In this document: piece after piece, positions 51,091-60,025 of the stretch
How the letters are laid out: every line of letters starts with the position of its first letter
Position numbering within the stretch: the stretch's first letter is position 1
From: an uncultured Chloroflexota bacterium
Lineage (GTDB): Bacteria > Chloroflexota > Anaerolineae > Anaerolineales > Villigracilaceae
Assembly (NCBI GenBank): GCA_903914955.1
Contig: CAIWRB010000205.1
Coordinates: 6,208 to 70,207, forward strand
DNA length: 64,000 nucleotides
Reading direction: 5' to 3'
Translations under genes and position numbers: made by a program
Notes under the pieces: generated by a model
Seen by the model: the letters and a program-made list of their open reading frames with translations, nothing else
Told to the model about the DNA's origin: nothing
The model's database searches: none

Positions 51091-53406
51091 ATGGAAAAAT
51101 CACCCGCGCGCTGGTGGGACCTGCCCTCTGCTATATTTTTATTTCTTGCGATCCTATTTTCCGCCTGGCATTTACAAGTCACCAGCTGGACTGACGGGCT
51201 TGAACACGTCCGTAACATGGCGCTGCTCGGTCTACTGGTTGGGCTAGCTTTGGGGCAAAGCACATTTCAAAAACGCGGAGTGATCTTTTTAGCCATTGGG
51301 TACATGCTAGTATTTTTAACCAGACAATTACTCGGCATGATCGAGTTTGGAGAAGCGGAAACATACCTGGGCAATAAGTTGATCATTCTGGCTGGCAGGG
51401 TATTGCTTGGTTTGAACGAATTCAGCGCAGGCCGTCCGGTCAAAGACCCATTATTCTTTGTGACTATTTTTTGCATTCCCTATTGGTTCGCCGCACTGAT
51501 TAGTGGCTATCAATTGACGCGTCACGCAAATGCGCTGGCGGCGGTTTTGCCAAATGGCATCATGATGTTCGTGATCTACTTCAATCATTACACCACACAC
51601 GATTATAGCTGGATGTTTGGTTTATACATTTTCGTTGCGCTGCTACTGGTAGGACGACAAAAATATTTGATCGACAGGGAGAACTGGCGCGAACGGCATG
51701 TTCACATATCTCCGGAAAGCGGAATAGATTTTAACAACACCATAATGGTCAGCGCGGCGATATTGATCTTACTGGCATGGATGGCACCCTCGCCTCTGGC
51801 ATTTAATGCGCAAGCCAGAACGGCCTGGCAAACGATATCGAAAAAAATATTTTCCAAAAACGAGCCATTCGAAAACATGTTCGCCGCAGCTAAAAAGGAA
51901 AAAATCCAGGTCGCCGATTTTTATCGAAATGAATTATCGCTGGGAACACAAGCCAAACAAAGCGCAGCCCTGGCATTCCTTGTTTATGTGCCGCCAACTG
52001 CAATTGAAATACCTCGCTTATATTGGCGCGGCCGTGTATATGACACTTTTGAAAACGGACACTGGATCACCACAGGCGTGGATGGATTGGACCATGAACC
52101 ACAGGATGGTGATTTCAAGATCCCTGATATAGAAAATCGTATCAGCATGAACTTTACGTTCAACATATATATCAAAGGACAAACCACTCTTTACTCTGCC
52201 GCACAACCTCTATGGGTTAGTCAACGCGCAAACATCGTGTACAAAAAAATCCCCAAAACGAAATCCATAGATATCGTGGTGGTGCAGGCGACACCGAGGC
52301 TTGAAGCGGGCGATAGCTATCTCGTCAAAGCTCTGGTTGCGAATCCAACCATCACTGAATTACGGACAAGCCGAGAAGAATATCCAAGCTGGGTTACAGA
52401 CCGATATTTACAACTTCCCAATGATTTCTCTTTACGTATTCAATCATTGGCATTTGAGATCACGGCCGGTCAAGAAAATATATACGACAAGGTTGCGGCC
52501 ATTACCAATTACCTACGAACCGAGATCAAGTACGAACCTTCGATCTCATTTCCAGCCGGGACAACCGATCCACTGGAATATTTTTTATTTGACGTAAAAA
52601 AGGGATTTTGTAACTATTCTGCCAGTGCTGAAGTATTGATGCTGCGCTCGATCGGCATCCCTGCGCGACTGGCTGTGGGCTTCGCTCAAGGCGAGGTAAA
52701 CTTACTAAAAAGATTTTATACCGTCCGTGAACGCGACGCGCACGCATGGCCTGAAGTATATTTTCCAAACTATGGCTGGATCGAGTTCGAACCAACCGGC
52801 AATCAGGACATTCTCAACCGTCCAGAAAAACGAGCAGACACATCCGCTGCAATTCCCATTCAACCGAGCGCACCTGAAGTGGATCCGATCACACAGGACA
52901 AACCTCTCTCAAGCCAGGATAAAGAAAAACCTGTCACAACGTTCACACGCACTCAGATCATTTGGATCAGCGTCCTGGCCGGCGGATTGTCGTTGGCTTT
53001 GATCACCTTCTTCCTTAAGAAACTTTTTGCGCCAAATACTCAAACCGCATTGATCTTGAAAAACATTGTTGAGCGGAATGGTTGGGAAGCCCCGATGTGG
53101 TTGAACCGATGGATACTTTGGAAAGATCTCTCACCGATCGAAAGGTCTTTCCAAAGTATTAACACAGGCTTGCGATGGATGGGAAAACCACAGCCTGTTC
53201 ATACCACACCTGCCGAGCGCGCCAGAATTTTAATGGAACTTATCCCTGGCGCCGCACCTGCCATAGAAATTCTATTGTGCGAACATCAATCTGCTTTGTT
53301 CAGTCGTCGCGCCGGCGATGCGCGGCTCTCCCGCCGCGCGGCCAGGAATGTTTTTTATCAAATTATATATTTGCAAATTAAGTTCTTCATCTTGGGATAC
53401 AATTAG
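51091..53406 (+). CDS. Membrane-bound transglutaminase-like protein (TgpA type)
   Basis: N-terminal TM bundle, YWRGRVYD, GFCNYSAS catalytic Cys, RLAVGF, HAWPEVYF, WIEFEPT. Confidence 0.88.
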   Translation: MEKSPARWWDLPSAIFLFLAILFSAWHLQVTSWTDGLEHVRNMALLGLLVGLALGQSTFQKRGVIFLAIGYMLVFLTRQLLGMIEFGEAETYLGNKLIILAGRVLLGLNEFSAGRPVKDPLFFVTIFCIPYWFAALISGYQLTRHANALAAVLPNGIMMFVIYFNHYTTHDYSWMFGLYIFVALLLVGRQKYLIDRENWRERHVHISPESGIDFNNTIMVSAAILILLAWMAPSPLAFNAQARTAWQTISKKIFSKNEPFENMFAAAKKEKIQVADFYRNELSLGTQAKQSAALAFLVYVPPTAIEIPRLYWRGRVYDTFENGHWITTGVDGLDHEPQDGDFKIPDIENRISMNFTFNIYIKGQTTLYSAAQPLWVSQRANIVYKKIPKTKSIDIVVVQATPRLEAGDSYLVKALVANPTITELRTSREEYPSWVTDRYLQLPNDFSLRIQSLAFEITAGQENIYDKVAAITNYLRTEIKYEPSISFPAGTTDPLEYFLFDVKKGFCNYSASAEVLMLRSIGIPARLAVGFAQGEVNLLKRFYTVRERDAHAWPEVYFPNYGWIEFEPTGNQDILNRPEKRADTSAAIPIQPSAPEVDPITQDKPLSSQDKEKPVTTFTRTQIIWISVLAGGLSLALITFFLKKLFAPNTQTALILKNIVERNGWEAPMWLNRWILWKDLSPIERSFQSINTGLRWMGKPQPVHTTPAERARILMELIPGAAPAIEILLCEHQSALFSRRAGDARLSRRAARNVFYQIIYLQIKFFILGYN

Positions 53407-53440
53407 AAAATAAATTCCGAAAGTTTGATGAAAATTTTTT

Positions 53441-55153
53441 ATGAACCCTGAACAAACACGTCCGACCACTGTCCACGATCAATTACTCACACTCGGCTTA
53501 CAGGCCGAGAAGATTCGCGTTGACCTGGAGGCGAGCAGACTCAGACTCCCCAAAAACACGCTTGACGATCTGCACAACCTTGAAACCACTCTTCCAATCA
53601 TCGGTGGGAAAATAGAAGCCTTCCAAAAAGAACATAGTAATATGCTGGCGCTGGCGGATACAGGGCAGGTGATCAACTCATCGCTGGAACTCGACGAAGT
53701 ACTGCGCATCGTGATGGACAACATCGTCCGTCTTACCAAAGCAGAACGCGGATTTCTGATGCTGCGCGATGACAAAGGCGATATGGTCACACGCATGGGA
53801 CGCAACTGGGAAATGGAATCGATCAACCCTTCCGAGTTGACCGTCAGCCGGTCAGTTGTAGGACGTGTCATCGAAAGCGGCGAACCCATCGTAACAACTA
53901 ACGCGCAGGAAGATAATCGATTCATTGGGCAGGAAAGTATTGTTGCTTTCAACCTGCGGTCCATTTTATGTGTACCTCTCAAAGTAAAAAATGAGATCAT
54001 CGGTGTGATCTACGCCGACAACCGTATCCGCTCAGGTATTTTTGCTGATTCTGAAAAAAATCTTTTGGTGGCATTTGCAAATCAAGCAGCTGTCGCCATT
54101 GAGAACGCGCGTCTGTTCTCATCACTCAAACATACACTCGAAGAAGTAACCGGACTCAAGAACCTGATGGAATCAGTTTTCGCATCCATTGCCAGCGGAG
54201 TCATCACTGCCGACGATCAGGATTATGTCACTCTTGCGAATCGAGCCGCTCAAAATATCATCGGACATAGCGCACCTGAGATACTCGGTCATCATCTTAA
54301 CGAAGTGCTTGGTTCCGTTTCGAAGGAGATCGCGCCGCATCTGATGGAAGTACGCACCAACGACAAACCCATCGTAGATCTGGAGATCAGCCACCACCTG
54401 CCCTCGCGCGGAAATGTGAACTGGCGGTTGAATTTTTCTCCGCTCAAAGATTCAAACCAGAAGACCCAGGGCGTGGCAATTGTTCTTGACGATCTTACCG
54501 AGCGCAAAAAACTTGAAGCCCAGCGCAGACTCTTCGAACGCATGGTCTCTCCCGCAGTAATCGAGCAACTTGACCCAAACAGCTTGCAACTTGGCGGCAA
54601 GCGCGCGAACATCACAGTGCTATTCGCGGATATTCGCGGATTTACAACGTATAGCGAGAATTTGTCACCGGAAAAATTGGTGTTCACTTTGAACCGCTAT
54701 CTCGCCGCAATGGCAGATGCCGTACTTTCGCAGGAAGGCACAATTGACAAGTTCATGGGTGATGCGATCATGGCCTGGTTCAATGCGCCCATCCAACAGA
54801 AAGATCACACCCTGCGCGCCGTCAAAGCCGCGCTGGCTTTACGGGATTCTGTTGAGGTTCTATATAAGGAACTGCCCGAAGATGAACATCTTTCCTTTGG
54901 TGTAGGCATTCATTTTGGCGATGCAGTATTGGGTTTGATCGGAACGGAAAAACGACTCGAGTACACCGCCATCAGTGACAACGTTAATGTTGCCAAACGT
55001 ATTCAAGAAAACTCCGGCAGGAATCAGATCTTGATCAGCAAGGAAGCGTACGAACGTGTCATGGAGGAGGTTAAAGTGATTCCTCATGTTGAAATGAGTT
55101 TGAAAGGCAAGACTCATCGAATTGATGTTTTTGAGGTGACGGGGTTGAAGTAG
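53441..55153 (+). CDS. GAF-PAS class III adenylate/guanylate cyclase
   Basis: GAF (SILCVPL, GVIYADN), PAS, LFADIRGFT, DKFMGDAIMA, EYTAI. Confidence 0.92.
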   Translation: MNPEQTRPTTVHDQLLTLGLQAEKIRVDLEASRLRLPKNTLDDLHNLETTLPIIGGKIEAFQKEHSNMLALADTGQVINSSLELDEVLRIVMDNIVRLTKAERGFLMLRDDKGDMVTRMGRNWEMESINPSELTVSRSVVGRVIESGEPIVTTNAQEDNRFIGQESIVAFNLRSILCVPLKVKNEIIGVIYADNRIRSGIFADSEKNLLVAFANQAAVAIENARLFSSLKHTLEEVTGLKNLMESVFASIASGVITADDQDYVTLANRAAQNIIGHSAPEILGHHLNEVLGSVSKEIAPHLMEVRTNDKPIVDLEISHHLPSRGNVNWRLNFSPLKDSNQKTQGVAIVLDDLTERKKLEAQRRLFERMVSPAVIEQLDPNSLQLGGKRANITVLFADIRGFTTYSENLSPEKLVFTLNRYLAAMADAVLSQEGTIDKFMGDAIMAWFNAPIQQKDHTLRAVKAALALRDSVEVLYKELPEDEHLSFGVGIHFGDAVLGLIGTEKRLEYTAISDNVNVAKRIQENSGRNQILISKEAYERVMEEVKVIPHVEMSLKGKTHRIDVFEVTGLK

Positions 55154-55176
55154 CAAGTAAAAAATTAAGAACTATG

Positions 55177-55211
55177 AAAACTTCCGAGGTGATGATCGCT
55201 TCGGAAGTTTT
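55177..55211. terminator. Bidirectional terminator / REP-like palindrome
   Basis: AAAACTTCCGA-ggtgatgatcgct-TCGGAAGTTTT between convergent genes; same arms as 5975-6012. Confidence 0.8.
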
Positions 55212-55227
55212 TGTTTGAATCAAATTT

Positions 55228-56349
55228 CTATTTTCCCACTTCCTCCACGAATCTCACGATTGAGCCCATTCCCTTTTCAATAGGCTCAACATCAATATAT
55301 TCATGTGTGGTATGCGCGCCGCCGCCCGTGGTGATTCCCATTACCACGGCAGGCATATTGCGACTTAATGGAATATTGGCATCGGTTGAGGCAGCTGTTA
55401 ATAAAGCGCTCAAGCCCTGTTCATGCAAACAGCTCTCAGCCAATTTCACCAGCGAATGTTCAGCGGGAATTTCGCCCGCAGGACGCTGCCCGATAATTTC
55501 AGCCAGCAGCGTGACCCCATCATGATCTGCATGGCGAAATAACTCCTCCACTTGGCCAATCAACTTTGTCAGTGCGTTTGGATCTTCAGAACGCAGATCC
55601 AATTCACATTTTGCTTCGGAGGCCAGCACGTTGACGCCAGTCCCTCCGCCGAACGTCCCGACGTTCATCGTCGTACGAGGTTCACACGGCAAGCGCAACG
55701 AGGTCAACTGTGTGACTAACGCCGCCATTTCATGCACCGCTGACGGCTTACCGTAATCAGACCATGAATGTCCACCCGCAGTTATTGCCGTGACGCGATA
55801 GCGCCTGACCCCAATCGCACGATGATAAACATGCCCAAGCGCGAGTCCTTCCAAAATAAGGTAACCGATCACATTCTTATCGAATCGCTCGACGACTGCG
55901 CGCATTCCGCAAAGGTCGCCGAGTCCTTCTTCGCCGACATTTGCCACGAACCAAATATCATGCGTCAACTCAATTCTTTTCTCGCGCAATATCCTTGGGA
56001 TGCCAAACAAAGCCGCGACGCCCAGTGAATTATCGCCAATACCCGGCGCGATGATTTTCTGCGCCTCCTTCTGGCGCAACCCCCTATGAGTAACCTGCAA
56101 GTTGATATTGTTTGGAAAGACAGTATCCAAATGGGCAGAGACGACCAGCGCTTTCGCTGTCTTCTGTCTGCCGGGCAAACGCGCATATACATTTCCAATT
56201 GAGTCGATGGAAACATCCTGAAGACCCTCGCTCACAAACATTCCGCGCACGAATTCAGCGCGCGCTCCTTCAGAAAATGTAGGCGCAGGGATCTGTTGGA
56301 TCTGAATGGCAAGGTCGAGAAGGTTGGAAAGTTGCAGGTTTTTATTCAT
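55228..56349 (-). CDS. M20/M25/M40 family metallohydrolase
   Basis: SAHLDTVF, GIGDN, VGEEGLGD, GGHSW, STDAN, AHT. Confidence 0.88.
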   Translation of the reverse strand: MNKNLQLSNLLDLAIQIQQIPAPTFSEGARAEFVRGMFVSEGLQDVSIDSIGNVYARLPGRQKTAKALVVSAHLDTVFPNNINLQVTHRGLRQKEAQKIIAPGIGDNSLGVAALFGIPRILREKRIELTHDIWFVANVGEEGLGDLCGMRAVVERFDKNVIGYLILEGLALGHVYHRAIGVRRYRVTAITAGGHSWSDYGKPSAVHEMAALVTQLTSLRLPCEPRTTMNVGTFGGGTGVNVLASEAKCELDLRSEDPNALTKLIGQVEELFRHADHDGVTLLAEIIGQRPAGEIPAEHSLVKLAESCLHEQGLSALLTAASTDANIPLSRNMPAVVMGITTGGGAHTTHEYIDVEPIEKGMGSIVRFVEEVGK

Positions 56350-56366
56350 AATTCATCTTTTGCTCT

Positions 56367-57383
56367 TTACACTTCCCGCGCCATATCTTTCAGCGAATGC
56401 AGACGCGCTTCGGCAAGACCGGACATTACGTCCAGCGGATAGAATGGTCCGCTTCCTTCAATTTTTAGCGAAGCGGAAACACTGCCGTATAAACCCGCAA
56501 TTAATGGATCATTTGTTTTTTGGAAGCCAGCCAAAAATCCACCGCAATATGCATCACCTACTCCGGTTGGGTCTGCGACTCTCGCTGAATAAGCGGGCAC
56601 TTCATAACGATGATTGCCTGCGGCGTCATAGATCATTTGTCCATATGCGCCGCGTTTTATAACAATAATCTGCGGACCGTATTCACTGATTTTGCGAGCC
56701 ATCTCCCAGAGATCATTGGTCTCGCCCCAGAAGAGCGCGCGCATTTCCTCTTCTGAGGGTTGGAAGATCGTAACGCCTTGCAAGACGAGTCTCAGGTCAC
56801 GCCAAAAGCCAGATGACATATAGCCGGGAGCAGGATCAAGACTGACGATTTGGTTTGATCCGCCTTTGAAAAGGTTGACCATCTGACTCTGGCTAATAAA
56901 GTCAAAGGGACAGAGGTGCACGTAGCAGACATCCCAATATTCTTTTGGCACATCCAGCGCGACAGGCGAAGTTATCTCTGGTTCACGCGAATCTCTGCGC
57001 GATGGTTCAGAAGGTTGATAACCAAGCAGTGCTTTTGGAAATTTAAGCTGGCGGCGCGCAAAATGTGAAACCAGACTAGATTGACTTGGCTCTTTGGCAT
57101 CGGTGTAAGCAATAAAAAAACGTATATCCATAATTTGCGAATCACGCATCGTGCGAATACCGCGCACATCAAAACCGCGACCCTCCAGATCACGCAGCCA
57201 TTGATGTGGATAATCCTCGCCCACGCGTCCGACCAAGCCTGCATCATTATTCCAGACAGCCAGGCCGCCCGCGGCATAAAGCAAACTTCCGCCGGGCGAA
57301 TCTAAAAGTGGATTTCCCGATGAGGGCAGAATATATTCGCGATTGAGTTTTCCTACAATTACAAAGGTTGGTTGTGTTGTCAT
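56367..57383 (-). CDS. PfkB family carbohydrate kinase
   Basis: GGSLLYAA, PSEEE, VIKRG, DPTGVGDAYCGGF anion hole. Confidence 0.88.
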   Translation of the reverse strand: MTTQPTFVIVGKLNREYILPSSGNPLLDSPGGSLLYAAGGLAVWNNDAGLVGRVGEDYPHQWLRDLEGRGFDVRGIRTMRDSQIMDIRFFIAYTDAKEPSQSSLVSHFARRQLKFPKALLGYQPSEPSRRDSREPEITSPVALDVPKEYWDVCYVHLCPFDFISQSQMVNLFKGGSNQIVSLDPAPGYMSSGFWRDLRLVLQGVTIFQPSEEEMRALFWGETNDLWEMARKISEYGPQIIVIKRGAYGQMIYDAAGNHRYEVPAYSARVADPTGVGDAYCGGFLAGFQKTNDPLIAGLYGSVSASLKIEGSGPFYPLDVMSGLAEARLHSLKDMAREV

Positions 57384-57389
57384 GACGAA

Positions 57390-57935
57390 TTATTTTCTCA
57401 TCCACGCTGGATGCAAGCCTGCCACCGTTTGATATACAGGACAGTGCTGCTCATGAGCTCCGGCCAAATATCCAGTAGACATAAGGAACTCGTTGACGAT
57501 TTCACCGCCGGTAAACACAAAAGTTTTTTTGAATAATTTTGTCCATTCATCTTTTGTGAGCGGATAATTTGCATCGAGCCAACCTTTGAAAGAACCATAT
57601 TCTTTTTTCAATTCAAGTATTTTCTGCGCGTTGACAATTGCTGCGTTAACTTTTAACCGATTCCGAATAATGCCGGCATCTGCCAGCAAACGGGCGCAGT
57701 CTTTTTCTGCATATTTTGCGATCTTTTCAACTTTGAATTTATCGTAGGCTTTGTGAAAGTTATCCGCTTTTTTGAGGATCGTGATCCACGAAAGCCCGGC
57801 TTGATTGATCTCTAGAACAAGACGTTCAAAAAGTTCATCATCGCTATTTAGCGGAAAGCCATATTGCGAATCATGATAGTTTTTATTGAACGTATCTTCG
57901 GGGTGAGAGTTGCAATAATCGCAATAGGTTGGCAT
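57390..57935 (-). CDS. tag: DNA-3-methyladenine glycosylase I
   Basis: YHDSQYG, LEINQAGLSW, IIRNRLKV, HEQHC. Confidence 0.92.
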   Translation of the reverse strand: MPTYCDYCNSHPEDTFNKNYHDSQYGFPLNSDDELFERLVLEINQAGLSWITILKKADNFHKAYDKFKVEKIAKYAEKDCARLLADAGIIRNRLKVNAAIVNAQKILELKKEYGSFKGWLDANYPLTKDEWTKLFKKTFVFTGGEIVNEFLMSTGYLAGAHEQHCPVYQTVAGLHPAWMRK

Positions 57936-57942
57936 ACGCTAT

Positions 57943-59049
57943 TTATCCAACCACCCGTATTTCTCTTGGCATGTCAGATAAACAATCCGCGCCGGTTTCG
58001 GTGATGACAATATTATCTTCAATACGCACGCCATTGCGGCCTGTGAGATAAATACCGGGCTCCACAGTGTATGCCATACCAGGTTCAAGCAATTGCAGAT
58101 TGTCACGGCGCATATAGGGATCTTCGTGACCTTCCATGCCAATGCCGTGACCTGTGCGATGCGTAAAATATTTTCCATAACCAGATTGTTCAATCACATC
58201 ACGTGTGGCTTTATCTATATCTGCGCACGGTACGCCGGGCTTGCCAGCCGCGCGCCCCGCCGCGTTGGCTTCCTGCACGATCTTGTGAATTTTTTGATAT
58301 TCATCGTCCACTACGCCCACAGCGAATGTGCGTGTAAGATCAGAGATGTAACCTTCATAGGCCGCGCCCCAATCCACGACCAAAAGATCGCCTGTCTGCA
58401 ATTTTCTATCCGTGGGTGAAGCATGCGGATTTGCGCCATTCAGTCCGCCAGAAACGATGGGCGCAAAAGGTATTTCAGGGTCTGAACCATTTTTCAACAA
58501 TTGGATCACTAATTCAGACGACAACTCACGTTCGGTCATGCCAATCTTAATGAGTGGAATGGTTGCTTCGAGCGCGGCCTGAGCGATCTTGACTGCGCGA
58601 CGCATCTTATCCACTTCGGCTTTATCTTTTTTCAAACGCAATGCGGATAACACATCGCTCGCATCGGGGAATTCTGATTCGGGAGCGCCGGCTTTTACAT
58701 AACAGAATTCCAGCAAGCGCAGTTGACGCGGCTCGACGCCGATGCGCTTCGCATCCAAGCCCAAAGCCTGTACCGCCTTTCGAAAAACATTTTCCCACTC
58801 TGAGGGATTCTCACCATACGCAAAGACCTGCACTTTGTATGGGAATAAGTCCACTTTGGGCAATTCAAGTTCGGGTAATACTAGCGCGGGGTCATGACCA
58901 GGCGCAACGAATAAAACAATAGGGCGTTCCATTAGATGAAACTGCACACCGCTAAGATAAGTCAGCGTGGGGCCGGGATTCAGAATAACCGAATCCAGTT
59001 TCGAAGTCCGCATTGAAGCGGTGAGATTGTTGAGTCGCGCAAGTGTCAT
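57943..59049 (-). CDS. M24 family Xaa-Pro peptidase
   Basis: SDLTRT, HRTGHGIGMEGHE, EPGIY, GVRIED. Confidence 0.92.
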   Translation of the reverse strand: MTLARLNNLTASMRTSKLDSVILNPGPTLTYLSGVQFHLMERPIVLFVAPGHDPALVLPELELPKVDLFPYKVQVFAYGENPSEWENVFRKAVQALGLDAKRIGVEPRQLRLLEFCYVKAGAPESEFPDASDVLSALRLKKDKAEVDKMRRAVKIAQAALEATIPLIKIGMTERELSSELVIQLLKNGSDPEIPFAPIVSGGLNGANPHASPTDRKLQTGDLLVVDWGAAYEGYISDLTRTFAVGVVDDEYQKIHKIVQEANAAGRAAGKPGVPCADIDKATRDVIEQSGYGKYFTHRTGHGIGMEGHEDPYMRRDNLQLLEPGMAYTVEPGIYLTGRNGVRIEDNIVITETGADCLSDMPREIRVVG

Positions 59050-59058
59050 GTGAGTCTC

Positions 59059-59868
59059 CTAATCCAATTTATGATTTTTTTTCGAGAAGGCGTATGTGAT
59101 CCAATCCACGACAACGGGGAAGAGCATATCAAAAGTGGTGACGATTCGAAACCACCACGGAATGATCAGGCTGCGGCGCGGACTTCTGGCGACATCCAGC
59201 ACACGGCGCGCAACATACTCGGAAGTCATGCGTGTGTTGAAAGATTTTCGTACCGAACCATAAGCGTTATTTTTACCAATATGCTGACCAAACTCTGTGG
59301 CGGCGGGTCCGGGATAAATTCCACTTACTTTGATTCCAAACGGTACAACCTCGCGACGAAGCGCATCTGTGAAGGCGCGCGCTCCATGTTTGCTGGCGGA
59401 GTAACTTGTAAGGAGCGGTGGGGCAATCAGCCCGGCAACTGAAACCATATTGATGATGTGTCCCTGACTGCGTTTTAACATGTGAGGCAAAACTGTACGG
59501 GTGACTTGCATAAGCGCAGTCAAATTGACCTGCACGAGAGAGTCAATATCACGATCCAGTGAATGGTTCTCAAACCAATCTACACGGCCAATGCCCGCAT
59601 TATTAAAGAGAATATCTATTTGACCATAATTTTCCAGTGTGGATTTCAGCATACTAGACACATCGGCCGGGTTTGTAATATCCACTTGAATGGCGATGGC
59701 TTCACCGCTAGCCTCTTGGATTTTTGCGGCGAGGATTTGCAAACGGTCAATTCGGCGCGCGGCAAGCACAACTTTACATCCTTCTTTTGCAAAGAGCAGC
59801 GCGGCATCTTCTCCAAAGCCTGAAGATGCGCCTGTGATGAGAACAACTTTGTTTTTCAAATTTGGCAT
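59059..59868 (-). CDS. Short-chain dehydrogenase/reductase
   Basis: TGASSGFG, NNAG, YSASK. Confidence 0.92.
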   Translation of the reverse strand: MPNLKNKVVLITGASSGFGEDAALLFAKEGCKVVLAARRIDRLQILAAKIQEASGEAIAIQVDITNPADVSSMLKSTLENYGQIDILFNNAGIGRVDWFENHSLDRDIDSLVQVNLTALMQVTRTVLPHMLKRSQGHIINMVSVAGLIAPPLLTSYSASKHGARAFTDALRREVVPFGIKVSGIYPGPAATEFGQHIGKNNAYGSVRKSFNTRMTSEYVARRVLDVARSPRRSLIIPWWFRIVTTFDMLFPVVVDWITYAFSKKNHKLD

Positions 59869-59952
59869 AAATGATTTTCCAATTCCGTAGGTTATGCTTT
59901 TAGCGTGACGGACTGATCTTATTAAGTGCTGCGCGCCCTATTTGCTAATAAT

Positions 59953-59992
59953 AAAAAAATCGGTGCGGGTAATTTTATCACTCGCGCCGATT
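59953..59992 (-). terminator. Intrinsic terminator after lon
   Basis: aatcggtgcggg ... ctcgcgccgatt stem with an adjacent A7 run on + (U-tract on the minus transcript). Confidence 0.65.
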
Positions 59993-60025
59993 GAAAATAA
60001 ATATTGGGAATAGAAAAATCAAAAA

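Noticed and set aside
53479-54000. 173-aa Ser/Arg-rich minus-strand ORF
   Set aside because: Typical antisense shadow of the cyclase GAF region.
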